Numbered from the whole stretch's first letter, positions 33,298 through 44,571 are shown. The stretch: DNA of 63,901 nt, filler included, from Chrysochromulina tobinii (GCA_001275005.1; 11 parts of 11 records of this genome joined end to end with filler, not necessarily neighbours in it), one strand, 5' to 3'. The notes: generated from the sequence alone by a model not told the origin. Program-made: numbers and translations.

Positions 33298-34890
33298 CTA
33301 AAAGTCGCCCACAAACTCCGCGTCTTCGGCCGATCTCTGCTGCCACTTGGCCACGTTGAGGGCCGTCGGCAGAACAATGACGGCGAGTGCCAGAGCGGAG
33401 ATGACGCCCTCGGGAAGGATCTCCCACGCCTCACGCACGCCAGCCGGCACGAGAGCGGGAGCATACTTGACACCGTACGCGAGTCCGCCGGAGAGAGCCG
33501 CCAACTTACCCAAAAAGGCAAGGCTCGAGTCGCGCGACCAGGCGTCGCCTAGGTCCTCCCAGCCTACAAGCGCACTCGCGCCGCCCGCCTCGGCCGTCTT
33601 GGCCTTTGCGACCGCGGATGAGGCGCTGCCCTTTGCCAAATTAGGGTTGGGACTCCCCTCGGAGGGACGGCCTATGGTGCCCAACACAGCACCAAGCTCT
33701 TCCAGACCGAGCTGCCAAGTCCATCCGCTGGCCAAGGCGAGCCGTAAGCAGGCGAGCGCGAGGGTCGTGTTGCCCACGAAGGTCATGCCCGCCTGCAGCG
33801 CGACACACCAACTGATCGCGGGGGCGTTGTAGAAGAGGTGGTATGTGCACGCGATGATGCCCGAGGTGTGCAGGGGCAGCATGCCCCATACGACGCCCTT
33901 CCACCGATCCTGCCCCACGTGCTCCGCGTACCTGATGAGGGAGGCCATCAGAGGCCATCAGAGGGCCATCAGAGGGCCATCAACGGCTCCACGTGCCGCC
34001 CCTTTCTCCATCTCATCACTCACTCGGGGGCTGCTCACCACCACGCATCTCATCACTCATCTCATCACTCATCTCATCACTCACTCGGGCGCTGTGCTCA
34101 CCGCCACGCAATCTCATCACGCATCTCATCACGCATCTCATCACTCATCTCATCACTCATCTCATCACTCACTCGAGCGCTGTGCTCACCGCCACGCGAG
34201 ACCCATGGCAACAAGCCACTCGACGAGCGAAGATGTGTGAATGACCCACGTGGGGATCGAGAGGGCGTTGGCCGGCTCGCTTGCCCACAGCCCCGACGGC
34301 AGGTTGCCCACGCCGCCGAGCCACGGAGAGTGCACGGCGGCCGAGCCCGAGCCCAAGACGACGAGCGCCGAGAGAGCCGAGAACGAGCCCAGGACGAGTG
34401 CGCTCGTACGCAGGCTCGCGGCGCTCTCCTCGCCGACTGGCTGCGACGAGGGCGGCAGTGAGAGCGCCTCGCGAAAGCCGAGCACGACGATGCAGTTGGT
34501 GATTGCGAGCAGCGACTCGGCCGCGCCATGCAGCCAGTCGGCATCGGCGAGCGAGACGCCGTAGAGGACTCCAGCTCCGATGGCGGCCGGGATGGTGCCG
34601 AAGACGAAGGCTAGGAGGAAAGTGAGCCCGAAACTCACACCTGCTGGCGCACCCACAGTCGGGTGCTTGAGCCAGTACAGCATTGCGAGCCATGGGAACA
34701 GCGAGGCGCCGAACAAGCCGCCGGCCAGATCGTCAGCCGTGGATGAGAGTGCATTGTCAGCGAGCAGCGTCATGGCCCATTCTGGTGCGATCATGACGGA
34801 GGGGCCAGAGCGTGACGCGGCGGATAGGAGCGGCCGAGATGTGGCTGCCAGCAGCGGTTGCGCCCGGCTTGTGAGCTGCTGCAGAAGCAT
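33298..34890 (-). CDS. DUF3593 + Ycf49 (DUF2499) fusion membrane protein, probably plastid; exons 34890-34190 and 33931-33298
   Basis: LFGASLFPWLAMLYWL, SLADADWLHGAAESLL (DUF3593); NALSIPTWVIHTSSLVEW..WR|YAE..MLPLHTSGIIACTYHLFYN (Ycf49); GT-AG intron 34189-33932. Confidence 0.85.
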
Positions 34891-35354
34891 CACAACACCA
34901 CGACGGATCCCACGACGCTTCGGTTCAACACCTTCCTCCTTGTTCGGAATGACACGTGGTCCCAAAGTTGACTGTAAGTCAGTTTCGTCCTGGTTTCGTC
35001 GATCCCTCGCTCCGCACAAAAGTTGCTCATTGACCTCCACACGGTTGACACAATCTAACCGAACTCGACCTCCAGGAGTGGGCGGCGGCGCTTTCCGCTG
35101 CTATACAATGTACCCTCCACGCTAGTCGTTTCATCCGTGTTCCGCGTTGTACCGGTGATTGAGAAGTGAGGCGAGGAGAGCTTGGCCGATGCCGCCTCTA
35201 CCTTTACTACCTTTCTCCACGAGCCGCTCGGCAGCGTCGGCGTATCATCCAGCTAACGGAAAGTCTTTCGGCCAGAGCAGGAGCGTCTATGCGGGTAGTC
35301 AAGGATTGCCTACATCTATTTCGTGTATGAAGTCAACTGTCAACTGACCTTTTC

Positions 35355-36677
35355 GTGACCTTTTTGGTCGGCAGGGCAGGCGAGGCGTGTGCGAGGATCG
35401 GCAAACTTTGGCGCCGCGCCGCCGCCGCCGCCGCCGCCGCCCGGCGGCCGCCCGTGAGGATGGCCCCATTTGATGCTGGACGCGGCGAAACCAGCGCGTG
35501 CGTCGCGACGAAATCATGCGCAATAGTGCTGCCCCCGCCGCAGACGATGGTCATCCCTCGCTGGCCCGGGATTCCATTCAAGCTTGCATGCCCGGAGCGC
35601 ACGCCGCAGGAGATGTGCGACAGGCTTGGCAGCTTCGCTAGGTGCTTCGAACCCGAACCTGAGACGGAGGAGGTGGTCAACGCTCTCCTCACCTACTGCG
35701 CTGACTGCCTCTACGTTGATGTGGGTTGCAATGTGGGCTACTTTACGATGCAGGCAGCCATGCACGGTGCCCTTGTGGAGTGTTTTGAGCCCACGCCCTA
35801 CTACACGGCCGCGATCGAGCGTTCCGCGCGACTGAATAATGTGCACACCCGCGTGCGAGTTCACAACGTGGGCATGGTGCCAACAGAGAGTTATCGCTCC
35901 AAATTTGTTGCGAACGGTAAGCTGAGCATGACAAGAACATACCACGCTTGCGGAGTGGGCTTGAACGACCATCAGCATCTCATCAACTACAAAAAGCATA
36001 CCATATGGTCCGTCCCCGTCAAGCCCATCCGCGAGGTCCTCCTCGGGCGGCGCGTGACGCTCTTAAAGATGGACATAGACTCGCTCGAAGGTCTTCTCCT
36101 CCAGACGGTGGCTGACATGGTGAAGCGCAACGAGACGACTGTCGACTCTATACTCGTGGAGATCGGCGATTCACACACTTCCACTCTCGAGGGCTGCACA
36201 GGGATCCAGTGCAACAACGCGACGCGTATCCGGGGCAGCGACCTCAGCCTCGTCTGGAGGCTCATACACACGCTCAACTACGATGCCTACCGCATCAACA
36301 CGCACGTCAACAATGAGATCTTCACTTGGACAGGAGCCAACATCAATGCGAAGATGAATCCGACGAATCCGTTCGTGGTCCCGATGCTCAACTTGCGCGG
36401 CATACGCAAACTCGAGCTGCTCCCCCGCACGACGCCGCTGAGCGAGTACGGAATGCTCTTCCGCTGGGGCGTCAGCTATCTGTTCACACGCGTGCCGCTC
36501 GCCGAGCCTGCGAAGCATCACTCGACGGACATGAAGGTCGCGGAGCTCAAGGGCTTCGACCTGAATGCTGGCTCGCCGCTGCTATTGAATTCGACGCTCA
36601 GTACGCGTGAGGTCTACGCAGTCGACCGTGCCAGCCGAACGGTGAGTTTACGACGGCGCGAGCAGCCGACAAGATGA
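35355..36677 (+). CDS. FkbM-family SAM methyltransferase
   Basis: YVDVGCNVGYFT, ECFEPTP, LLKMDIDSLE; start uncertain. Confidence 0.8.
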   Translation: MTFLVGRAGEACARIGKLWRRAAAAAAAARRPPVRMAPFDAGRGETSACVATKSCAIVLPPPQTMVIPRWPGIPFKLACPERTPQEMCDRLGSFARCFEPEPETEEVVNALLTYCADCLYVDVGCNVGYFTMQAAMHGALVECFEPTPYYTAAIERSARLNNVHTRVRVHNVGMVPTESYRSKFVANGKLSMTRTYHACGVGLNDHQHLINYKKHTIWSVPVKPIREVLLGRRVTLLKMDIDSLEGLLLQTVADMVKRNETTVDSILVEIGDSHTSTLEGCTGIQCNNATRIRGSDLSLVWRLIHTLNYDAYRINTHVNNEIFTWTGANINAKMNPTNPFVVPMLNLRGIRKLELLPRTTPLSEYGMLFRWGVSYLFTRVPLAEPAKHHSTDMKVAELKGFDLNAGSPLLLNSTLSTREVYAVDRASRTVSLRRREQPTR

Positions 36678-37021
36678 CGGCGAGGCCGACTCTGACGGTG
36701 TCGCGCGGAACTAACCGAAAGTTTTTCACCAGTACAGTTTACTGCGTCGTACTAATTTCGTAATTTGTCTCACATGTCACAAGGCTTTAGGCTAACCGAA
36801 CTAAACCATCCTATACGCACTGTACTGAGAGACTCTTACTATCATGCGTGGAGCCTCTTACGACTTACGTGTGAGGTGTGTTCACTCAGAAACGGGCGTA
36901 CACCCAAACTGTGTGATCAGTCGGATACCGCAAAGTAAAGCTCATCTATTCGTTGGGCGCTCGGCAGGCCATGCTGCCGGGCCCTGTGCTCGAGTCACTC
37001 ACTCGTGTGCTCTCGAGTCAC

Positions 37022-40000
37022 TCACTCGTGCAAGTGCGGACACACCTGGCGCAGCCGAATGAAGGCGTCGAATGCAGAGAGGCCTTCGCGGCGCTCAAGG
37101 AGCGCTGCAGCGAGCGCCATCGCGTAGCCGCCACTGGCATCCCTGTCGTCGAAAACGAGGAGAGTGGTTCGCGCGGTGGCGGACGCACGATCCATCAGTC
37201 GACTCACGATGGCCACGGCGGCCTCGAGACTGGCGCCCGATTCGAGATTCACGCAGCTCAGGGGATCGCGGGAAGCCTCGCCCTTGTGCGTGGGCTGCGC
37301 ACAGCAGGACACCACCTGCCCCACCCCGAGTGCATGCCAGCTGCTTGTGGCATGCAGCAGGCGGAGCGGGGCGATCATGAGGTCTTCGGACAGTTGGGCA
37401 GCGCCGTCTTGAGCGCCCACAGGAAGCACGCCGACGCGCTCAAGACGGCGCTCAAGGTCCGAAGAGGGAGGCGTTGGTACCCACGGTGGCGGGGATGGCA
37501 CGGTCGCCACTGATGCACACGGGCCGTCGTCGAGAGCCACGGAGGAAGCATCAGCCGGGTCTGAGGCCGCAATCGTGGCACGCAGCTCAGCGAGCAAGGC
37601 GCAAACCTCCGTCAGGCACGGTCGCCGTTCGGCCTGCCTCTGCAGCACCGCCGACAGGAAGGCGCATATGGCGGGCGCATGAGGTGCGGGCAGCCGCTCG
37701 ATTTTGTGCGGCGCAAGGAGCGGTTGCGAGGCGTCGGTGAGTCGATGGAAGAAGGCGCTCCACGGCTCGGTTCCAAAGAGAGACTCGCCTGCGAGCAGCT
37801 CGTAGAACAGGCATCCAAGGGACCACACGTCGCACCGCTCGCCGGCGATTCGGCTCCGAGTGGCCGTCGGTGTGAATGGCGATTCGGTGTGAATGGCGAT
37901 TCGGCTCCGAGTGGCCGTCCCCACAGGCACCCATGCGCCTTTGGTGGAGTCCCCACCCTCCCCACGGGCAGCTAGGGGCCCAGGGGCGAGAAGATCGGGG
38001 GCAAGTAGAGCGTGCTCCAGGATGGGTGGGGCGGCCGTCTTTGAAACCAGCAGCATCTCGGGGCTCTGGATGCACTCGGTGCCTCGTGAGCGCACAGGGG
38101 GCTCCGAGCTCTCGGCGCGTGTCACGCAAGTGGCCACTCCAAAGTCCGCGAGGGCCAGCTTCGTTACTTGGCCGTCGCCCCCACTCCGGATGCAGCTCAA
38201 CCCACCAGTGAGCTCACCCCCACCATTGCGGTCCTCTCCCCTCTCGAGGCACAGGATGTTGGCGAGCTTGAGGTCGTAGTGGTGCACCCCGCGTTCGTGC
38301 AGCATTCGCACCGCTGAGAGGACGTGTGCACACGCGCCCAGCAGCTCAGAGGTCGCGCGTCGGATGCCAATGGGCCGTTGAGGCTCTTGGGAGGGCAGCT
38401 TCGCTGGGTGGCCATTCGCCCAATCGGCCAGCGTGCATGCGTACCGGCGCATCACGAACCAGTACGAGCTCCCGTCGGTGCCGACGTCGTAGAGCTCCGT
38501 GACAAAACTTGCGCCGCGCAGCGTCCACAGCGCGTACGCCTCCGCAAAGACCTCGACCAAGTTCGAGCGGCGGAAGCGCGACTGACGCACCTCAATGAGC
38601 TTCACAGCCAGCGGAGGGGCGCCCTCGAGCCGGGGCTCCACGCCACAGCTCCAAACCGATCCGAAAGAGCCTCGAGAGAGGGCCGTGCCCAGTCGGTAGC
38701 GCGAGCTGGGGAAGAGCGGCGGAGCGAGCAGACGGAGAAGCAGCAGCGGTGCGTCGCCCATGGCGCGCACGGCTGCAACGAGCGGTGGGAGCACTGGGGC
38801 GTTCGCGGCGTGGCTCAGATGAGACAGCAGGAGCAAGGGCAACGGCAGCTCAGTCCCAGGCGATCGAGTCGGGTCGGGGCCTCGCTCCACCAGTGCCGCG
38901 TCGAGGCGTTCGCCGCCCGGGTGCAGCAGCAAGCTCAGAATGAGCTGTATCATCACGACGTGAAGAGGCGGGTGCGTGTACAGTACACGACGCCGTCGCT
39001 CAGCATCATAGCCGGCGGCGGTGAGCTCAACGCCCGCCGCGAGCCACGGGCGGCTGCTCGGCTGGTTGGAGAATGATAATGACGTGGGGGTTTGGGAGAG
39101 GGCGCGCCCCGAGGGCAGCGAGAGCGAGGGCAGCGGTGAGGGCATCGAGAGCATTGAGAGGCGCGACGAGGAGAGGCGAGACGGGGGGAAGGACAGAAGT
39201 GAAGGGACACTGAGTGGCCGTGGCAAACGGGCGGAGCGCTGAGGCGCCGCCGCAGCCGCCGGGCTGTTGAGGGGGAAGGGTAGGGGGAGGGGTGCCCCTG
39301 CAGTGTCCGGAGGCAAGTGGGCGCGTCGGCTGCTCGACTGCCGCGCCGTGTCGGTGGCGGTCGCGGGCGCGACGGCCGCCTGTTCGCTGCCGAGAGCGGA
39401 GGCCGAAAAGGAGAGCTGCAGCTTGGGCACCGACGGTAGCGAAGAGGCACGAGACGGTGTGGGGTTCGAGCTCACTCCCAAATTAGGAAGGGTCGAGTCC
39501 ACTCCCTTGCGCCGTGGACTAGGGGCGGGAGAGAGCTCGTGGTCGGAGTTCTCCGAAGCACCATCCTCGTCGTCGTCGTCGTCGTTGTCGGTCCCATGCG
39601 CAGCCACGCGTTGCCTCGCGGAGGTCGCGACGGAGTGCGTCGGCGTCTGCGTGGTAGGCTCGACGTGCAATTCGAGCGACAGCTCCGCGGTGAGCGTAGA
39701 TGCGACCGACAGGCATGCAAAGGTGTCGGCGAGATTCCAACAGGAGCGATGCCGACTCAAGGTCAGCAGCAAGTGGCCATAGGCCGTGCACAGGTTTAAT
39801 GTGAGCGAGAGCTCCTCGCGACTCCGAGGTGTGAATGCCTCGTGTGAATGGGAGAGCTCCTCGCGACTCCGGCACCGTGGTGCCGCCGCCGCCTCGACCT
39901 CCTCGGCTGCGGATGTTGCACCCGCCGCCGCCGAGGCTCGCAGCGCAGCGGGATTTGGCGGCGCGGGATTTGGAGCGAGATTTGGAGCGAGATTTGGAGC

Positions 40001-41417
40001 GAGATTTGGAGCGAGATTTGTAGCGGGATTTGGAGCCGCGGTCTCTTCCTCGTGGACGGAAGTCGCAAACGGCCTGCGGGCCTGTGCCCATGGCCCGTCA
40101 GCGGCAGCGGCATCTCCTCGTGTGCAGATCGGCCTTGCAAGGATGCCCTCGCGGTGCCGGAGCTCTGCACTCTCATTCACACCTCGGTGCCGGAGCTCTG
40201 CCCTCTCAAACAGGGCGACGAAGCGGTGGAAGCACGCGGTCAGGAGGCGTGAGGCCATCGACGCTCCCAACGCTGTGCATGCCTCGTCGCTGTCCAGGCA
40301 AAGGATCAGGTGAGCAGTCAGAGCGAGCTCCGCTTGCTCGGGACGGCGCTCCGTACGCTCGTGTAACAGCGCCTCGGCCGTCTCCGCCGCGGTCGCCTCG
40401 ACACACGCGCATGCATTGGGGTGCGCTTGCGGACTCTCCGCCGCGGCCGCCTCGACGCGCGCCTGTGCCATAGCCTCGGCGGTAGCCTGTGGCGAACGCG
40501 GGCGCGGGCGCAGCGGAGACTTCGCAAGCTCGGCGGCGACGTGTGCGGCTTCGGCGCCGTCCTCAAGCACCGCGAGCTTCGCGGCGGCAATCGCGGCCTC
40601 CTCCTCCGCTCGCGTCCTCGCATGCAGTTGGGCGAGCTCCTTTGCCTTCGCCTCGCTCTCTTTTTGCAGACGGGCCTCGGTGGCGAGCCACTCCTGCTGA
40701 TGGCGCTGCCACGCGTCGTGCCGCGCCAGCTCGGCAGCCTGCCGTTGACGGCGGACCACTGCCTCGGACGCGCTGACCTGATGAGGAAAGCAATCAGAGG
40801 CTGTCAGAAGGTCAGCAGCAGCAATCAGCCAAGGAGTGCCTCATCGGACGCGCTGACCTCATTGAGTCGTGCCTCGACCTGTTGACGCACGAGAGCGAGC
40901 GTCTCGGCGCGTACTCGATCTCGCTCCTCCGAGCTCAGACTGACCGCACCGAAGCTGCCGCCGCTTAGGCTGCCGCCCAAGCCAGGCACCGGCGGCGCAA
41001 AGGCGGCGCCCGTCACGGCGCCCGGCGGCAGCAAGACGGGGGCGGCCTGCGGCACCGCCCGATGCAGCCAATCATGCGAGTACCGGTACGACCGGCCGAC
41101 ACCATGGTCTGCGAATGCGAATGGCGGCGGCACGGCTACGGGCGGTGCGTACGGCGCGAGCGTCAGGGAGTATGGATCGTGGAGCATACGCCCTTGAACC
41201 GGCATGACGCTCGGTGGCCGGATGGAGCCCGAGCGTGCGCGCCGACTCGTGCTCCGCTCACGCTCTCGCGCGCGCGCAGTCGATTTCGCGCGCCCCATGC
41301 GACGGCTTGCCTCGAGTCGCGCCGCCTCGAGCGCTTGGTTCATGTCCGCCCGCTTTCGCGACATGGCCGCGGCCGAGTGCGATGGGTGCGACGGCTGGTG
41401 CGATGGGTTCGGCTCCA
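37022..41417 (-). CDS. Large Ser/Thr protein kinase with a C-terminal DSP-like segment; exons >41417-40858 and 40777-37022
   Basis: SRGSFGSV, AVK, HYDLKLANIL, DFG, GTECIQSPE, DVWSLG; 80-nt GT-AG intron 40857-40778 joins RLNE|VSASEAVVRR in frame. Confidence 0.85.
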
Positions 41418-41578
41418 NNNNNNNNNNNNNNNNNNNNNNNNNNNNNNNNNNNNNNNNNNNNTTAATTAATTAANNNNNNNNNNNNNNNNNNNNNNNNNNN
41501 NNNNNNNNNNNNNNNNNCCGGAACTCCCTTTCCCTCACGAAAATCCGATTTCCCTCACAGAAATTCAAATCCTACACG

Positions 41579-44571
41579 AATCCTACGCCGGCCATATGAT
41601 CTATTGAATGGCGTGCTATGTCGACGAGAGTGCTTCGCGCGTTTCCGCCATTCCGCGTCTTCTTGTACTCGACCGTTCCGTGTTCCGTTATTTGGGGTTA
41701 ACGTGTTCACAGATCGCTCGGTGGCCATACGGGAGTTGTTAATGAAATAATTTTTTGTTCAGGGAAAACTCAGCCTGGCGTCCCGTACGTTACCCAATAC
41801 CCATACTCTTTTATAGTGTTTTAGACCGCTTAGAGATAGAGTAATGTGTTGTTGTTACCTTAACTTTCTTGCGTGGACCGCTTCGCCCGTTCCTAAGTCG
41901 CTAAGTGTACGTCGTCATTGTTCGATGTTCAAGATCCGATGTTCAACATTTCAACATGAGTCATGACGTGTTGTTACATGTAACGAATACTAAATAACAC
42001 CCGCCCGGCGCGCGGCGGCCCCGGGGTTCTACAGTTACGTTTGGTCCTCAACGTTAAGCATTAAGCAACTCTACCGCCCTCGTTCTCTGTGCACTCCACC
42101 CTTCCAGCGTGCGCGTTCGCTTGCTGCTCTCGTCACGTGCGGTTGCGCGGGGCCCGCGGCGAGCACCCAGCACGGTTCCCACGCCACGCGAGTTCCTCCT
42201 GCCCTTCTGCCCTTCGCTTCCGCACCGCACAAGCGAAGATCTCCCTCCCTCGATTTCGCGTTTCCTGGATGTAGAGGGTATGAGGGTAGCGGTGTGGTCA
42301 ATCGCTTCACCCCGGCCTCCACCGAGCCCAATCCTGCTGATCTCGACCCCTCGTTGACGAAGCTGATCAGCTGATGCAGCACTCTTGGCCGTTATTGCCT
42401 GCCCCCCGAGCTCTTCGGCGCCACTCCTCAGCCACGATCTCAGGCCTCTTCTGCTGAAGGTTGAAGCCTCCTCTGGCAAGGGTTGTAAGGGTTGAAGAAG
42501 GCGTGTGCGCGTACCAGGCCTCGTGGATCGCATCGTCAAGCCTTCGGATCCCACCGGCACCGTCTGATGTCGCAATCCCCTGCATGCGCGCGTGCTCTCC
42601 GGCTCGGTACTTGACGAAGCTCACGTCGTTGGCCATCTTATCTTTGCAGGAATCGCCACAGAAGGCGAATCCAAGGTACCTTGGATTCAACGAGATGGGG
42701 TCAGCATCCTTGGCATCGACCCAACGCCGGTGGGCAGCCTTGTGCGCCTCGGCCTCAGATGCCGACCCCATCTTGTCGCCGACAAGGGGCGCGCTGCAGA
42801 CCGCGCATGCCTCGATGCTCGGCCGACGTGGGTCTGTTAAGCCTAACGCCTGGCCCTTCTGGTGCATTAGCTGGACGAGGAACGAATCCGGAGGCAGCGC
42901 GTCGATGCCCTTCACGGGTTGAGCGGCCAGCTGCTTGGCCAGCGCAAAATGGCTGCCGCTAGCGGACGTGCTCTCCTTCCGCAGAACTTCGAAGGGTGAG
43001 ACTGGAGCGAAGGCTGCGGGGAGGAGATTGAGGGTCATCTCGGAAGTGGCCATGAACTTGCAGAGCTCGGGAAAGTCGATCGTGCCTGAGCCGTCCGTAT
43101 CTGCCTTAGCGAAGGCGCCCTCGACGTAACGGTCGAGCTCGGGCGGCGGCGGCGGCGGGAGCCCTTTGAGCTCGCAGTGGTAGAGGATCATGTCACGGAG
43201 CTCTGTGCGCTCAAGCGCGCCCGACTCGTCGGTATCGAACTGTTTGAAAAGGCGGCGCAGGTTGGCAGCGGTGCCGAGGAGGTGCGGGTCGTCGTAGACC
43301 GCCTTGACGAAACCGAAAAAGTCGAGTGCGCCCATGGGGTGCCTTGGGGATGCAGCGCTGCCGTACGCCCGCAGCATCGCCAACGAGCGCTCGGTGGCCA
43401 TTGGGATCACGTGGTCGGTCGACCCGTCTTCACGTGTCTCGTGCTCAATGATCACCTCCACATGGAGGCAGTGCACCTCGTCGGCGTCGAGGAGGCCGTC
43501 GCGGTTGGTGTCGTACGCGTCGAAGAGCTGCTCGATGTGGACAAGAGGGCCGAAGATGTGAGGGCAGGTCGCGACGAAACTGACGAACTCGGAGTAGTCG
43601 ACGGAGCCGGAGCCGTCGGCGTCCATCAGGAGGAAACCAGCCTGTGCCTCGAGATGCGCCCAGCGCTGCCAGCCAGAGATCTCTCGAAGGCGCGCGGGCT
43701 CGTCCTCCTCCTTGCGACTGGAGAGCCTCGCCAGGACGAGCGCGGTCAGCAGTTTCTCGACCTCGGGGCGGGAGAGCGAGGCGTCGGGGTTGACGCCGAG
43801 CGCCGAAGCGACCATCTCCACCATCTTACGACTGAGAGCCACGGTGCGTGCGCTGCGAGCGTGAGGCAGCGGTGGGGCGTGGGGCGGTGCGGGCGCCTCG
43901 ACCCGTGCGGCCTTTGCTGGGGGCGGCGCGACATTCTCGCTCGCCGCCTTCTCAGCCGCCGCCTTCTCAGCCGCCGCCTTCTCAGCCGACTTCTCGGCCG
44001 CTGCCTTCTCGGCCGCTGCCTTCTCAGCAGCCGCCTTCTCGGCGGCTGCCTGGACTGCCTCGTCGATCGCCGCCTTGGCTGCCCTTGCATCGCCAATCGC
44101 GGCCTTCAACACCTCCACGCGAGGCCGCATCAACTCGAACCGGGCAGAAAGTGCCTTCACTTTCTCGATCATCTTCCCCCCGTACAGTTTCAGCTCCATC
44201 CGCTTCTCGAACTTTGGGAAGGCCTCTTCTACACCTTCGAAGAGGGCGACCACTTGGGCAGGATCCGGCTCCGACTTGAGCAGCAACACCTCAAGATCCT
44301 CAACGGCATTGGTAGCTTTCGTGTACTCCGTCATCGCGCGTTTGGTGTTGTGCGGAGTCGGAGGTCACGCGGAGAGTTCTGCCCTGTAGGATTTCTAAAT
44401 CGTGCAGTTCACACCAAACTTGGACCGGTAAACCGGGGGGAGCCGGGCACACACGGGACACACTTGGAACGGTAGGCGGCCGATATTTTAACAGCCTTAT
44501 TCACGTAAAGTTGAAATGCTTAACACGAGCACGCGCGAGCGATGAATAGATCATATGGCCGGCGTAGGATT
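41579..44571. mobile_element. Candidate inverted-repeat-bounded element carrying an EF-hand gene
   Basis: Perfect 27-bp inverted repeats 41579-41605 and 44545-44571, extra ATCCTAC/GTAGGAT motifs nearby, AT-richer flanks, both ends near contig breaks; no transposase inside. Confidence 0.55.
42367..44334 (-). CDS. Multi-EF-hand protein with AAAEK repeats, C-terminal Cys cluster and CaaX-like end
   Basis: DADGSGSVDYSE, DTNRDGLLDADE, DTDESGALERTE, DTDGSGTIDFPE; CAVC..CGDSC; ends CCIS*. Confidence 0.85.
   Translation of the reverse strand: MTEYTKATNAVEDLEVLLLKSEPDPAQVVALFEGVEEAFPKFEKRMELKLYGGKMIEKVKALSARFELMRPRVEVLKAAIGDARAAKAAIDEAVQAAAEKAAAEKAAAEKAAAEKSAEKAAAEKAAAEKAASENVAPPPAKAARVEAPAPPHAPPLPHARSARTVALSRKMVEMVASALGVNPDASLSRPEVEKLLTALVLARLSSRKEEDEPARLREISGWQRWAHLEAQAGFLLMDADGSGSVDYSEFVSFVATCPHIFGPLVHIEQLFDAYDTNRDGLLDADEVHCLHVEVIIEHETREDGSTDHVIPMATERSLAMLRAYGSAASPRHPMGALDFFGFVKAVYDDPHLLGTAANLRRLFKQFDTDESGALERTELRDMILYHCELKGLPPPPPPELDRYVEGAFAKADTDGSGTIDFPELCKFMATSEMTLNLLPAAFAPVSPFEVLRKESTSASGSHFALAKQLAAQPVKGIDALPPDSFLVQLMHQKGQALGLTDPRRPSIEACAVCSAPLVGDKMGSASEAEAHKAAHRRWVDAKDADPISLNPRYLGFAFCGDSCKDKMANDVSFVKYRAGEHARMQGIATSDGAGGIRRLDDAIHEAWYAHTPSSTLTTLARGGFNLQQKRPEIVAEEWRRRARGAGNNGQECCIS

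Noticed and set aside
34234..34244. GTGTGAATG match inside the Ycf49 exon
   Set aside because: Encodes the conserved VIHT peptide and has no flanking duplication; coincidental, not counted with the kinase inserts.
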